This document shows, in pieces, positions 55,001-64,000 of a stretch of DNA of 64,000 nt (positions are counted from its first letter, which is position 1; every line of letters begins with the position of its first letter). The stretch is from IMG/VR virus record IMGVR_UViG_3300050343_000218; one strand, 5' to 3'. This stretch comes from a virus. Both the position numbers and the translations under genes were made by a program. The notes below the pieces were generated by a model, which was not told the origin of the DNA, searched no databases, and saw only the letters and a list, made by a program, of their open reading frames with translations.

Positions 55001-57457
55001 ATACGTACCCACAGCATCGATCAGACGATACGGAGAGGCACCTGTAGAGGACTTGATACGGAAACGGTTGTTATCAACCTTCTCGACGTATACAGTCGCT
55101 GGTAGGGTCAAGCTTGAGATACCACTCTCACTGGAGTAGTAACGAGGATCCGCACCTGCTGTGCGAGTCATTGCGATCTGGTCGTTAGTGACCGCGCCGT
55201 GGTTCTCTACGTAGAACGTATCATCATCGGTAGAACGATCCTGAACAAGCATCAGGAAAGCGTTGCCGTAGTAGTCACTGTTCCAGTTCCAAACCCAGGA
55301 TCCGTGACCTCTATAGTATCCATTCCACCAGTCGTAACCATAACGGAAGTGGAATCCGTTGCCGTGGTCGAGAGAATAGTTATAACGATATCTGTTAGTA
55401 CGATAGTGATTTCTGTCGTACAGAGGGTTCCAGTTACCGTTAGTCAGAGATGTTTCGCTCTCTGGCAGATAGTCATCGTAGTTCCAACCTGGACTATATC
55501 CCCAGACCGAATTACTACCGTTATACCAGTTGTTATTAAAACGACCGTCGTAGTTAGAGCTGTTCAGATCACCGCTAGAATTATACTGACGACGGTTCAT
55601 CGTCATAAAGTAAGCACGGTTCCAGCTAGAGTTGGAGATGCCTCGGTTGCTACTAACTTCCGCAAAGTCTCTACCAGAGTGAGTAGAGTTTACGCTGTTA
55701 GACATCCAGCGATAACGCCAGTACCAATCCCACCAAGGCTTCTCATCACTGGCATACTTATGAACTAAAGCAAAGTTATGCTTACCGTAGTTATACGTTG
55801 CAGCGTTTCCTTGCAAAGATCCAGAGTCATTGCGAAGGTTGATGATACCGTTGCTACCAGGGTTACCACCACTTGCTGCAGCATAACAAGCGTTAGACAG
55901 TTTAATAACTGCAGTACCACCATCAGCAGATGAGGTAGACTCAACACGGGTGTAATATACACCGTTACGCTGAAGGTTCTCGATGCAATAATCACCCGCA
56001 TTTGGGTAATACATCAATGCATAACGCGAACGGAAGTTGTTTGCGTTCGTACCTGTCAGGGTGATAGTACTGTTGGTGTAATCGACGTTAGAATCGTCAA
56101 CAGTGTAAAGCGCTGTAGGCTTGTGATCATATGGTTGGAACTCAGCCATATCAGGGTTGAGAGTACCAGAGAAGGTATTCTCATAATCAATCACTGCACG
56201 ACCGTCAGCAGCAGTTGCTGTTGTATTGCCGATAGACAGAATCTTAGGTGAAATCGTGTTAACGAAGTACAGTGCTGTACCGTCGCTAAAACCATTCTCG
56301 AAAGACGTTGAAAGAACAACCTTTGTTGTAGCAACAGGATTGAACTGAATCTCGAAACCAACGCCAGTGTTACCAGCATTAGCATCATATGCATATAGAG
56401 TTGCAGGGGTGTTCTCAGTAACGTAAACACGAACATAAGAACCAGCAACACCTTCTGTGCTGTTTACATATACACCATCTGTGTATGCAACACCACCACC
56501 GTGAATACCATCAGCAGTTGTGGATACGCGGAATGGATGTCCAATGTTGGATGCATCATCCAACTTAAAGATGTACATTCCGTTTTTGTTGAGCTGGAAC
56601 GGTGTTCCACCTGGAATAGTTCCGTCAATAGAGAAGTAATCCTGACCGCCTGCAGAATCGACAGTAACGGTATACTCAAAAGTATCTGCCACGATGCCTT
56701 TATCAGTCTGGAGACTGATAGCAGAACCTTCGTAGAAGAGACCAGGAATGATAGAGGTATAAGAACCCACCACGTTCGCCGTAATCGACTGTGTAGCGCG
56801 TGCTTTATACGTGAATGTGGTTGGAGTAGGAACAGACTGAATCAGGTAAGAACCTTCAGCAGTTGTAACTGCAAGACCAGTAACCACAATAGGAACACCA
56901 GCAGTCAGTGAGTGCTCATAAAGAGTCGAGACTGTGATGGTATCCGAGTTAGCTTGAGTGATGACACTCTCGATAAACGGAATTGTTGTGTCACTCGTAG
57001 CGGAGTACGTTGACGGAATGTTGTTGACAAGCTGAAGAGTTTCCCACTTCGTTGCCTGCGGACCATACTCAAAGTCCGTGTCAATCATCGTTTCTGGGTT
57101 TGAAACTCTGAGTTTGGACACAGGGTCAACAAACGTTTCAGCTGGTTCAAACGTAGAAGCAAACGATTCCACGAAAATTTGTAACTGGTCCGTCGCACTC
57201 ATCGTGGACGTATCAGTTGCAAGCGAGATGATTGTTTTCTCGAAATCCTCGTTATAATCGCAACCAGTACCATTAACGGTAGTCTGGAATCCCTTAGTAG
57301 GGTCTGAGAAGTTATAAAGAATCTCGTTATTTGTAACGTTAGTGATGAGAAGAATCCTCTCGCCACTAAGGTTGTCTTTAAGCGTGACCGTACCACCCGT
57401 AAGTGTATTGGGATCATACGGTACAAATTCGTAGTCAGTGACTAGTTTCTTTGCCAT
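52079..57457 (-). CDS. Large virion structural protein (1792 aa), multi-domain, tail/baseplate-associated candidate
   Basis: DTDFEYG motif, repeated H-x-L-x-x-G-x-x-(V/I) beta modules, concanavalin-like QIDYSWYGAG-type segment (QMAYMDYSWYGAGKIRFGF); location among fibre genes. Confidence 0.8.
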   Translation of the reverse strand: MAKKLVTDYEFVPYDPNTLTGGTVTLKDNLSGERILLITNVTNNEILYNFSDPTKGFQTTVNGTGCDYNEDFEKTIISLATDTSTMSATDQLQIFVESFASTFEPAETFVDPVSKLRVSNPETMIDTDFEYGPQATKWETLQLVNNIPSTYSATSDTTIPFIESVITQANSDTITVSTLYEHSLTAGVPIVVTGLAVTTAEGSYLIQSVPTPTTFTYKARATQSITANVVGSYTSIIPGLFYEGSAISLQTDKGIVADTFEYTVTVDSAGGQDYFSIDGTIPGGTPFQLNKNGMYIFKLDDASNIGHPFRVSTTADGIHGGGVAYTDGVYVNSTEGVAGSYVRVYVTENTPATLYAYDANAGNTGVGFEIQFNPVATTKVVLSTSFENGFSDGTALYFVNTISPKILSIGNTTATAADGRAVIDYENTFSGTLNPDMAEFQPYDHKPTALYTVDDSNVDYTNSTITLTGTNANNFRSRYALMYYPNAGDYCIENLQRNGVYYTRVESTSSADGGTAVIKLSNACYAAASGGNPGSNGIINLRNDSGSLQGNAATYNYGKHNFALVHKYASDEKPWWDWYWRYRWMSNSVNSTHSGRDFAEVSSNRGISNSSWNRAYFMTMNRRQYNSSGDLNSSNYDGRFNNNWYNGSNSVWGYSPGWNYDDYLPESETSLTNGNWNPLYDRNHYRTNRYRYNYSLDHGNGFHFRYGYDWWNGYYRGHGSWVWNWNSDYYGNAFLMLVQDRSTDDDTFYVENHGAVTNDQIAMTRTAGADPRYYSSESGISSLTLPATVYVEKVDNNRFRIKSSTGASPYRLIDAVGTYGMTGIFSNPLRNSFYYENHNLSNGERLFYTTAGTAIGNLTPSSQYYVKVVSNDRFALGSSSSFSYPGGEIDVTSGGSGTQVFENQTAAFGATDGAYSVSDVKDATQLVIEVPFQIVPSTKTFDARETGSSGMVDTTDHTLRIENHFMKTGQRVIYQDAGGTTVGGLVDNRDYFVIVIDQDHLKLSESLAGALAGTNVQFTSGGSQTPLQKLIHTNMDGRVVGAGLVATQTGSRIVIGTDTNFTRYFKVGDPFRYVNNNSAGTFSIIETTIAAIKDDTELLTTDDAVFTTGAVNSSGPTEYFIDTAIYVRPDGFFLHRPFDGGMEIGTSKSPDGQIVRQTRRYFRYQSGKGIQCSLAINFCPKNPAIRVFYSPYVDGTTYHRVIVETKLPHNLEVGTTIKFVDADDVSYNGTYSVATITDEFTYTFILDQEPTSSAAGGFTGYHVLNWSGSNVRCGMYDFQNGMFFEYNGSVLNCVRRSSTTQLTGRVSVTRGSNVVDGDDTAFISQLSVNDYVVIRGQSHKVIRVVNNNQIVVQPQYKGITAANIILTKTIDTKKPQGEWNVDNCDGSGKSGFILDISKIQMAYMDYSWYGAGKIRFGFKDQNGHVKYIHEFKHNNRLTEAYFRSGNLPARYEIQNVGIPTYIPSLFHWGTSVITDGRFDSDKAYLFTASGNLLKFTNEVAQSATTNQNSSIQSQYNVGEGWSRNMRFYIRTFFPTSESGKLTQGTTVYQTTIANGWFVDGRAIYRSRSSSGNLEVDFLYIDTNGNERFQYNRGTSIINSDLGSPAVPSGTQFSVGAVTGTDNVVPSQIPLVSIRLSPSVDSSLSGSLGEREIINRMQLQLNSLDIVNTHECEIKLILNPSLSTDQYLDVAPPSLSQLIKHTVDDTYAGGLEIFSFRAAGGQIDNSGKRGTGSISYDISTLVEMGNSILGGDGIFPNGPDLLTVIAEPVDLTGVNNTSPFTVTGRISWSESQA

Positions 57458-57490
57458 TTTTTAATCTCTGGGTTTATGTTGAAAATGGAA

Positions 57491-57718
57491 TTAGCCACCG
57501 AGTGCGATGGACAACGCAGCAATGGTAGATGTGATACCCACACCTCCCACTTTAAATGTTTTATTAACTCCAGTGAGGTTCACATCTCCACCGATGTCCA
57601 GGTTTCCCGTGATGTTTCCCGATGTAATGTTACGTAAGTTACGAGAGCCGTCAACGACTTCGGTGCCAGCTACGGATAACCCGTTCTTGGCATTAAAATT
57701 GATATTTGACGTTGCCAT
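57491..57718 (-). CDS. Small fibre-associated protein (75 aa)
   Basis: NFNAKNGLSV start and ALSIALGG end; TATAAATA at 57766-57773. Confidence 0.7.
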   Translation of the reverse strand: MATSNINFNAKNGLSVAGTEVVDGSRNLRNITSGNITGNLDIGGDVNLTGVNKTFKVGGVGITSTIAALSIALGG

Positions 57719-57765
57719 CGTGGTTCCCTTTCCCCCGATAGGTTCGGATATAGGTTTTCAGAATA

Positions 57766-57773
57766 TATTTATA
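57766..57773 (-). promoter_or_regulatory. T4-type late promoter TATAAATA
   Basis: Exact consensus after the upstream stop. Confidence 0.7.
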
Positions 57774-57777
57774 CCAA

Positions 57778-58947
57778 TTACACGTTCATCGTGAAGCGAG
57801 TATATTGAATGAAGGTTCCAATTGTTGCAGTTGCTCTGACCTCTACATTACCACCCACAAGTTCTACTGTAAATGTAGAGACAGCGTTGCCAGGATTGGT
57901 ATGAACATCACCGAACATAGTTACAAACGCATCAGTTCCGTCGTGCGTTACAATAATTTCACTGGTAGAAACATCGCCACCTTGAGAAGCGTAAACTAGA
58001 TACTTGGCACCTCTAATATTAGTCGCATTTAAAGTGTCGAAAGCTTCTGTAGCAGCAGTAGTTGTAACTGTACCAGCAGAAATGCCAGTGTAATTGGTGA
58101 TGTTGATATGATCACCAGTGTTGTAAGTTTCAATCTGTAGATATGTTCCAACGTTGAGTTGGTTGCTGATCATCATATTGTAGTTGCAATTCGTTTCTCT
58201 GTTAAGAGTAATGCCAACGTTGCTTACTACCAATCCAGGAGTTGCTGTGTTCCCAGCATTACTGAATTGCATTATATTTCCAGACCCTACAATATTTGTA
58301 GTGCTACTGTTTTGAGCAATAGTCAGAGTGTTATTCATAACCACTGACGAACCATTCAATTGAATAGATCCATTCAAATCCGCAATATTAGATTTCAATA
58401 CGAGGTTTTGATCTGCACCTGTAATTTGAGATCTGTTAATACCAGTACCCCAAGTTAAATTGTTGGAGGGATCAAGCTCGATATCACCAGCAGATACTGA
58501 TAATCTATTAGAAGGAGATGCAGTACCAATACCAACTAGGTGATTGATTTCGTCTACAACTAAGGTAGAACTATCAATAGCAATAGGACCATTAACATTC
58601 AAACCACCCATCGTAAAGGTGGCACCTTGGTTTAATTTAACCGCATTAATTGTATTATCTGAAGGCTCTCCAACATCGATGGTATCACCAATGACAAGAC
58701 CAAAGAAATCAATACCAGGGTTCGGAGGATCTGAAAATGTAATCTGATCGTTATTGATCTGATAAGAAACATTTGCTTCCTGCATCACACCACCAAGTGA
58801 GATGAGGATTTGCAGAGGCGAACCAGGAAAAATTACTTGCCCACCAACACGCATATTGAAAGTAACCGCCACACCATTAAACTGTGCAGCAACGTCATCC
58901 AATTTACGGATGTTACCAATTTTGGGTGTGACTCCTAAGTACGCCAT
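57778..58947 (-). CDS. Tail fibre-like structural protein
   Basis: MAYLG...LDD...FNG N-module, VGIGTASP fibre repeat, C-terminal AKYLV...SEIIVTHDGT module. Confidence 0.7.
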   Translation of the reverse strand: MAYLGVTPKIGNIRKLDDVAAQFNGVAVTFNMRVGGQVIFPGSPLQILISLGGVMQEANVSYQINNDQITFSDPPNPGIDFFGLVIGDTIDVGEPSDNTINAVKLNQGATFTMGGLNVNGPIAIDSSTLVVDEINHLVGIGTASPSNRLSVSAGDIELDPSNNLTWGTGINRSQITGADQNLVLKSNIADLNGSIQLNGSSVVMNNTLTIAQNSSTTNIVGSGNIMQFSNAGNTATPGLVVSNVGITLNRETNCNYNMMISNQLNVGTYLQIETYNTGDHINITNYTGISAGTVTTTAATEAFDTLNATNIRGAKYLVYASQGGDVSTSEIIVTHDGTDAFVTMFGDVHTNPGNAVSTFTVELVGGNVEVRATATIGTFIQYTRFTMNV

Positions 58948-58969
58948 CTGTCTTTAAAAAATATTTATG

Positions 58970-59956
58970 TTAGGTGCCAATGATGGCGAATTTACCGTCT
59001 GTCCCAGACTGATTGGGTATACCACCCTGCCCAGCAACTCCTCTATTGGGATCTGCATCATTACCAGGGACTTCATTTGAACCAGCAGAATATGATCCAG
59101 CAATGATACGAGTCTGATCTATGAAACCAGCTCCGCCACCACCACCGTGACCATTAACGTCGCCACTACCGCCGCCACCGCCACCGTAGTAACCGCCACC
59201 GCCGCCACCGCCTGGATATGTCAACAGAGATCCTGCTCTGCCACCTGATAATCCAGAACCAGAAACTGAATCAGTAAAACCAGCGAAACCTCCCTCAGTT
59301 TGGGAACCTCCACCACCGCCTCTTTGATCGAACAGTTGACCGATTTGACCGTTGGAAGAACCGCCTGCTCCACCACGTTGATCGGCACCACCGCCCCCGC
59401 CACCAGCTGCAATCAAAAGTGCGTTTGATTGAACAGCAGAATCACGGAAGATTCCTGTGAATCCTCCACCACATCCACCATATTCATTACCCAAAAGACC
59501 TCCTAAGGCACCTCCACATTCGCCGCCAGTAGTGACTGATGCAGATGATCTAGAATCCCCACCACCACCAACACAAATGTGATACAGTTGAGTTGAGAGC
59601 AGTCTCAAACCGCCAGCTGTATATCCAGCACCGCCACCAATGCCGCCAGTGTTTTTACCGCCAGCTCCACCAGCTCCCCACATTACGAATTGCACTGTAA
59701 ACATAGCATCATCAGAAACAACTGTTTCTAATTGATACTCTCCTATGTTTAAAACTAAAGATCCTTGAGTATCTAAGTTCCAGTTAAAAGCTGCGGATCC
59801 ATCTTGAGGAGTCACACGAACAATTCTTGCTGCCTCAAAAGGAGTCTTGCGAATTTTAGTAGTGTCATAGAAAGGACGCAAATGTCCTTCATCGGTCAAG
59901 TCATCCAACCGACTTTCGTAATTTTGAGTTTTTAAACTGCCGATGCGAAAAGGCAT
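58970..59956 (-). CDS. Glycine-rich structural/adhesin-like protein
   Basis: MWGAGGAGG, GGGAGY, CVGGGG, IAAGGGGGG, GGGYYGGGGG. Confidence 0.75.
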   Translation of the reverse strand: MPFRIGSLKTQNYESRLDDLTDEGHLRPFYDTTKIRKTPFEAARIVRVTPQDGSAAFNWNLDTQGSLVLNIGEYQLETVVSDDAMFTVQFVMWGAGGAGGKNTGGIGGGAGYTAGGLRLLSTQLYHICVGGGGDSRSSASVTTGGECGGALGGLLGNEYGGCGGGFTGIFRDSAVQSNALLIAAGGGGGGADQRGGAGGSSNGQIGQLFDQRGGGGGSQTEGGFAGFTDSVSGSGLSGGRAGSLLTYPGGGGGGGYYGGGGGGSGDVNGHGGGGGAGFIDQTRIIAGSYSAGSNEVPGNDADPNRGVAGQGGIPNQSGTDGKFAIIGT

Positions 59957-60334
59957 TTATGACTCCTTATCGCCAATTAGAATGATTGTAACTTTGTTTG
60001 CTGTGTCAGTCAGACCATAAATTGCATCATTCGCGTCTTCGAGAACGATGGGATAGTTTAGTTCAACGTAGAACGTTTCACCAGAACTTAACTCTTGTCT
60101 AACAAACTGCTGTGGCTTAGTTGCAGCATCGATAGTATCGAGTGCACCTACGTTATCTTCAGCGAGATACAAGTTAATAGTTTCAGTAGTAGTGTTGCCA
60201 TTAAAAACAACAAAACCCTTGAAATATGTCTTTGTAGCTGCAGGGTTTACGTAAACCGTACCAGGAGTGCCTGTGGGAACGAACTGAATGTTCTTCCCTC
60301 CAGTGCCTGATAATTTTCCTCTTGAAAGAGCCAT
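59957..60334 (-). CDS. Small beta-rich structural-cluster protein
   Basis: GGAGG SD; CTAAATA at 60356-60362. Confidence 0.7.
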   Translation of the reverse strand: MALSRGKLSGTGGKNIQFVPTGTPGTVYVNPAATKTYFKGFVVFNGNTTTETINLYLAEDNVGALDTIDAATKPQQFVRQELSSGETFYVELNYPIVLEDANDAIYGLTDTANKVTIILIGDKES

Positions 60335-60358
60335 TGTATATTGTATCCTCCTTGATAT

Positions 60359-61729
60359 TTAGCTGAACAACCAGATGTCCCGCATTTCATTGCGGTCGCT
60401 GAATTCCATATTTACAGTCCCATCAATATTGCTGCTAACAACCACGAGGTTATAACCAATATCAGCAGTTTGGGTAGCAGGGTAAATAACGTTTCCAAGA
60501 CGAATCCTATTGGGAGTAGGACCACCAGGATCAGCTTGAATGCTAACCCCATTAATAGTTGCGTTATTTAAGGTTTGTAAGTTAGTAGTACCATTAGTAG
60601 CATCTGCTTTCAATGAGATAGCATTGTTAATGGTGACAGAAAAATTAGGGTCATCCCCTAATGCTGTACTCAATTCTTGTAATGTATCGAGTGCGCCTGG
60701 TGACGACCCAACCAAATCAGCAACTTCCTGACGGACAAATGCCGTTGTAGCAATTGCAGTAGTATTATCATTCAGTGCTTTAGTTACACCAGATGAATCA
60801 CCTGCAATGTTAACAGTAGTTCTATCAGCAGGACTACCAATAGAATTCTCAGTTGTAATATATCCTTGAGTTGCTACAAAGATATCAGTAGTAACACCAC
60901 CAGCTGTGGCGAACATATGGAAGTCATCACCATTTTGGATGAACTTTGTAGTACCACCTGTGTTGGAAGATTCTAAAGTAATCGTTGGCAAAGACTGTGC
61001 CTGTACCCTGAGGCAATTAGAAGTCCCAGAACCACCGTCGATATCAACCTTAAAGCTAGGACTAAAATTACCGACGCCAATAGAACCGTAACAGTCAACG
61101 TCTCTAACATTTACGTCATCCGTATTGAGAAGTTCGACAGCACCAGATCTTCCGTAGAAAGAACTAACAGCACTAGTGGGTCCAACCAGAGATGAAGAGA
61201 ACCCAATGTGAGTAACTTCAATAACCGAGTTAATACTAGGAGCATCATCTAAACGAAGAATTAGGTTTTGACTAGTCAGAGTGTATGCATCTTTATGCTG
61301 CACCAGACCATCAATAGTCACCAAAATTGCGTGAACATTTGGTGGAGATTTTGACATTGTAAAGTCAACGTCAATTCCGTTAGCAACAAACGATTCGGAG
61401 AAAATCTCCGAACGATCCATATTGTTAACAACTGAATTTTGAACGTGACCGAAGAAAACATCTCCAGTACTAGGAGCTTCTGAGAAATAAAGTTGATCTC
61501 CCTGAACCCAAAAAGATCCAGGACCACCAGAAGCACTAGCAGTATTGGGTTGTTGCAGAACACCGTTTAAACTAACGGTGAGTTGCATTGATTGAGAAAC
61601 AGTGACTATATCACCGTTGGTAGTACGAAGCGGAAAATTTACATCAACGCCGTTAAATGACGACGAAATATCTTGGAGCTCCTTAATTTTAGAAACATAT
61701 GCTTCGGGATTTAATCCAAGATATGCCAT
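60359..61729 (-). CDS. Tail fibre-like structural protein
   Basis: MAYLG module, VTIDGLVQH repeat, NTTAIATTAFV and SPGALDTLQELSTALGDDPNFS fibre motifs. Confidence 0.75.
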   Translation of the reverse strand: MAYLGLNPEAYVSKIKELQDISSSFNGVDVNFPLRTTNGDIVTVSQSMQLTVSLNGVLQQPNTASASGGPGSFWVQGDQLYFSEAPSTGDVFFGHVQNSVVNNMDRSEIFSESFVANGIDVDFTMSKSPPNVHAILVTIDGLVQHKDAYTLTSQNLILRLDDAPSINSVIEVTHIGFSSSLVGPTSAVSSFYGRSGAVELLNTDDVNVRDVDCYGSIGVGNFSPSFKVDIDGGSGTSNCLRVQAQSLPTITLESSNTGGTTKFIQNGDDFHMFATAGGVTTDIFVATQGYITTENSIGSPADRTTVNIAGDSSGVTKALNDNTTAIATTAFVRQEVADLVGSSPGALDTLQELSTALGDDPNFSVTINNAISLKADATNGTTNLQTLNNATINGVSIQADPGGPTPNRIRLGNVIYPATQTADIGYNLVVVSSNIDGTVNMEFSDRNEMRDIWLFS

Positions 61730-62373
61730 TAGACTGAGACCTCCATAATACTAGAAATGCAATCTAGAGCTGAATTAGTATCACAAGTAACTATGATTTC
61801 ATCACCCAACCCAACATCAATTTTTTGAACAGAATCTCCACTAGTATGAGTAGTAGGAGTAGAGTTTGCTTGCGCTCTGTCTACGTTAAGTATTTCGTCA
61901 CCTGTACCCTGAAGGGAGGTGATCTGCATAATTTCGTTATTGATCTTGATATAGTCTTGAGCGTTAAACTTAGGACCAGTGTTATCTGTAACAGTTAAAG
62001 ATACGACACTGGCACTAGTCATATTAGCTGCTAATGTATCGCTTACATTAGGTGTCGATAGTCTATATCCATCTGGATTATATTCCAGAATAATCTTTTG
62101 ACCCTGCATAATTTCAAATGATGATCCTGCAGGAATTGGAACATTCTTTACGATGAATACATCATCTTTAGGATACTGCGGATCGATAGAATATGCTGGA
62201 TATCGACTGACCTTTACAGCAGCGATAACAGCTGTCTGTGTGGTATTGGATAAGTTGCATCCAATTAACACGCTCTGTTTTTCAACCTGAGTACCTTGCA
62301 GTTCTACTGCGTAGATACTAGTGTCGGAAACACCAACGCCCGTTTTAGAAGTGGATAGGAATTTATTTGCCAT
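61729..62373 (-). CDS. Fibre-associated protein with inserted domain
   Basis: MANKF...IGCNLSN...VKNVPIPAGSSFE...SIMEV frame with an insert of about 80 aa. Confidence 0.7.
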   Translation of the reverse strand: MANKFLSTSKTGVGVSDTSIYAVELQGTQVEKQSVLIGCNLSNTTQTAVIAAVKVSRYPAYSIDPQYPKDDVFIVKNVPIPAGSSFEIMQGQKIILEYNPDGYRLSTPNVSDTLAANMTSASVVSLTVTDNTGPKFNAQDYIKINNEIMQITSLQGTGDEILNVDRAQANSTPTTHTSGDSVQKIDVGLGDEIIVTCDTNSALDCISSIMEVSV

Positions 62374-62379
62374 TTTTTA

Positions 62380-63033
62380 TTAACCTAAAGCGATAGCGAG
62401 AGCAGTAGCGTCGAGACCTGCTTCCACAGATACACCAACCTGAGCAGCAAGAGTGTTTACCTCAATTTGCAATTCGTTAATAGCATTAATAAGGTTTGCT
62501 TTATTTTGTGTAGTGAGGTTGTTTAAGTTTCCGATAGTAGTATCTTTAATTTCATTAATCGCAGCAACGATACTGGATTTGGAAACTGTACTTAAGTTAG
62601 AAAGAACACCAACAATGACATCTTTTGTTTCGTTGAGAGCAGCAACTAAGCTTGAATGGTCTACAATGTTAGCAGACAGAGATGTCAAGTCGCCTACATC
62701 TTGATCTAGTTCATTAACAGCATTAACAATACTAGTTTTATCCACAGTAGTTAACTGGGATAACGATTTAATGATAGTATCGGTGATATAATTAACTGCT
62801 TCCACCACGTTATCTTTATCGTTAGCAGGAATTTCGCCAGTGATAGAGGCGATAGGTCCCAACTCTGTATCTAATTCAAGTAAGCAATCAGTAATTGTTT
62901 GAGCAATAAGGTTATTTACCACAGCTTGGCCAATGACCTTGCCAGAAAAATCACCATTGTCAGCGCCAATGTCATTAATCTCAAGGCGCTGTTGCTCAAA
63001 CGTATAATTTTTCGCTACGTTTCTGACAGTCAT
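62380..63033 (-). CDS. Fibritin-like repeat protein
   Basis: TFEQQRLEIN start; five copies of K-x-x-(I/V/L)-(V/I)-x-A-(V/I/L)-N-(E/Y) spaced about 22-24 aa; ALAIALG end. Confidence 0.7.
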   Translation of the reverse strand: MTVRNVAKNYTFEQQRLEINDIGADNGDFSGKVIGQAVVNNLIAQTITDCLLELDTELGPIASITGEIPANDKDNVVEAVNYITDTIIKSLSQLTTVDKTSIVNAVNELDQDVGDLTSLSANIVDHSSLVAALNETKDVIVGVLSNLSTVSKSSIVAAINEIKDTTIGNLNNLTTQNKANLINAINELQIEVNTLAAQVGVSVEAGLDATALAIALG

Positions 63034-63061
63034 TTGTGATAGGGCAACTAGTATCTGGGTT

Positions 63062-63069
63062 TATTTATA
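63062..63069 (-). promoter_or_regulatory. T4-type late promoter TATAAATA
   Basis: Exact consensus right after the upstream stop. Confidence 0.7.
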
Positions 63070-64000
63070 TCAGGATCTGATGAGTGATCTGAAGTACTTG
63101 ACAGTATTAGTAGCGTATGACGGAGTGAATATAACTTCGATGTTTGCTCCATTATACTGTGCAGTAATAGTACCTAGTGCACCTTCATTAAGACCACCAG
63201 AAGTCATAGTGGCATATTCTTCGATGAAAATGTCAGTACCATCGTGCATAATCAGGACTTCTTTGACCTGAACGTAAGCACCAGATACAACCTGAACAAC
63301 ATACTTGCCGCTGTAGTAATCGGCAATTGTGAATGTATCAATAACGGCTGCTTGAATAGTTGCTGTAACAACTTGTCCGCAGTCTTGACCGTGAATATCA
63401 CGAGTTAAGACTAGTGAATCTCCCTGATCATTATAAAGAATTTTCTCAGCACCACCAAGACACAATCCCATTTGATCGGAAGATGGTCTATAGAAACCAT
63501 TATCCTGATCTTGGAAGAATGACATACCAGGAATGGATTCCGTACCATCGCCTGCTCCAGTAAAACCAGACAGGTTAGTCAGACCGTTACCATCACCGAT
63601 AAATGCAGTAGCACCGACAGTACCCTGAACTTGCAAGATTTGCGCAAGAGCATTGTTGGGCTCTTGACCGATACCCATCTTATTGTTAGTGGGATCAACC
63701 TTCAGCAAAGGAACATTAGATCCAGTTGGTTCAATAGTGACTACTGCACCATCGAAAGTAACTGAAGAACCAACACCAGCAACTGCGATAGAAGCTGCTT
63801 CTAAATCAGCAATTAAAGTTCCTCTGGTAATACCGAGATCGCCAGAAGTTGTACCAGTAAAGCTACCAGTTCCAATTGCAAATTTATCTTCTGATTCATC
63901 ATAACCGATGAATGCATTGTCTTCACTACCACGCTCAAATACAATACCACTGTCTCCAGCTGGAGAACCAACAACACCATTGCCAAGTTCGATCAGTTTA
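63070..64000 (-). CDS. Tail fibre-like protein, partial (5' end beyond window)
   Basis: Frame stays open from 63999 (KLIELGNGVVG...DSGIVFERG...) through track ORF 63070..63708; FIGDGNGLTNL and EVLIMHDGT modules. Confidence 0.8.
   Translation of the reverse strand, partial: KLIELGNGVVGSPAGDSGIVFERGSEDNAFIGYDESEDKFAIGTGSFTGTTSGDLGITRGTLIADLEAASIAVAGVGSSVTFDGAVVTIEPTGSNVPLLKVDPTNNKMGIGQEPNNALAQILQVQGTVGATAFIGDGNGLTNLSGFTGAGDGTESIPGMSFFQDQDNGFYRPSSDQMGLCLGGAEKILYNDQGDSLVLTRDIHGQDCGQVVTATIQAAVIDTFTIADYYSGKYVVQVVSGAYVQVKEVLIMHDGTDIFIEEYATMTSGGLNEGALGTITAQYNGANIEVIFTPSYATNTVKYFRSLIRS

Noticed and set aside
55255-55745. Diversity-generating retroelement target or template suggested by the Asn-rich aromatic segment
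   Set aside because: There is no reverse transcriptase and no second near-identical copy differing at adenines in this window, and the segment is internal, not C-terminal.
47115-59215. GGT/GGC and CCA/CCT triplet runs and the CTCTCTAT duplication at about 45053-45068
   Set aside because: These are explained by Pro/Gly-rich coding or are too short. There is no spacer-repeat periodicity, so no CRISPR or satellite call.
258-63904. Most other plus-strand and alternate-frame ORFs in the track
   Set aside because: They are nested in or antisense to well-supported genes and have no protein-like features. Only the three genes at 45072-46821 are accepted on the plus strand.

Overview
Core segment of a T4-like cyanophage (cyanomyovirus) genome, almost entirely on the minus strand. 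In transcription order (right to left) it holds a tail-fibre/virion structural cluster, neck and tail genes gp13-gp15, and small terminase gp16. An accessory island between gp16 and gp17 follows, then terminase gp17 and gp18-gp23. Next come gp3, uvsY, uvsW, gp55, gp47/gp46, a VWA/peptidase plus CobS-like MoxR ATPase pair, gp45/gp44, dam, gp62, regA, hsp20, gp43, uvsX, gp41 and mazG. The window ends in a late-promoter-driven block of conserved unknowns. A marine picocyanobacterial host is inferred from petE, the gnd-like gene, mazG, cobS-like, hsp20 and gene order. The best hidden signal is in the gp16-gp17 island, below the 60-aa cut-off of the ORF track. There, a chain of tiny, mostly stop/start-coupled ORFs downstream of plastocyanin and a truncated Gnd includes a clear NdhP-like peptide (43464-43595) and a probable NdhQ-like peptide (43031-43129), both resembling small subunits of cyanobacterial NDH-1L. 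Other leads are a late operon of putative PD-(D/E)XK nuclease, ligase-type nucleotidyltransferase and HIGH nucleotidyltransferase, with its promoter and RBS built into a terminator hairpin; a seven-gene envelope-targeted module with a probable ATA start codon; and a perfect antisense sigma70 promoter next to gp55. I saw no tRNA, rRNA, CRISPR array, intron, intein or transposase. All family assignments come from motif reading and recall, with no database searches.
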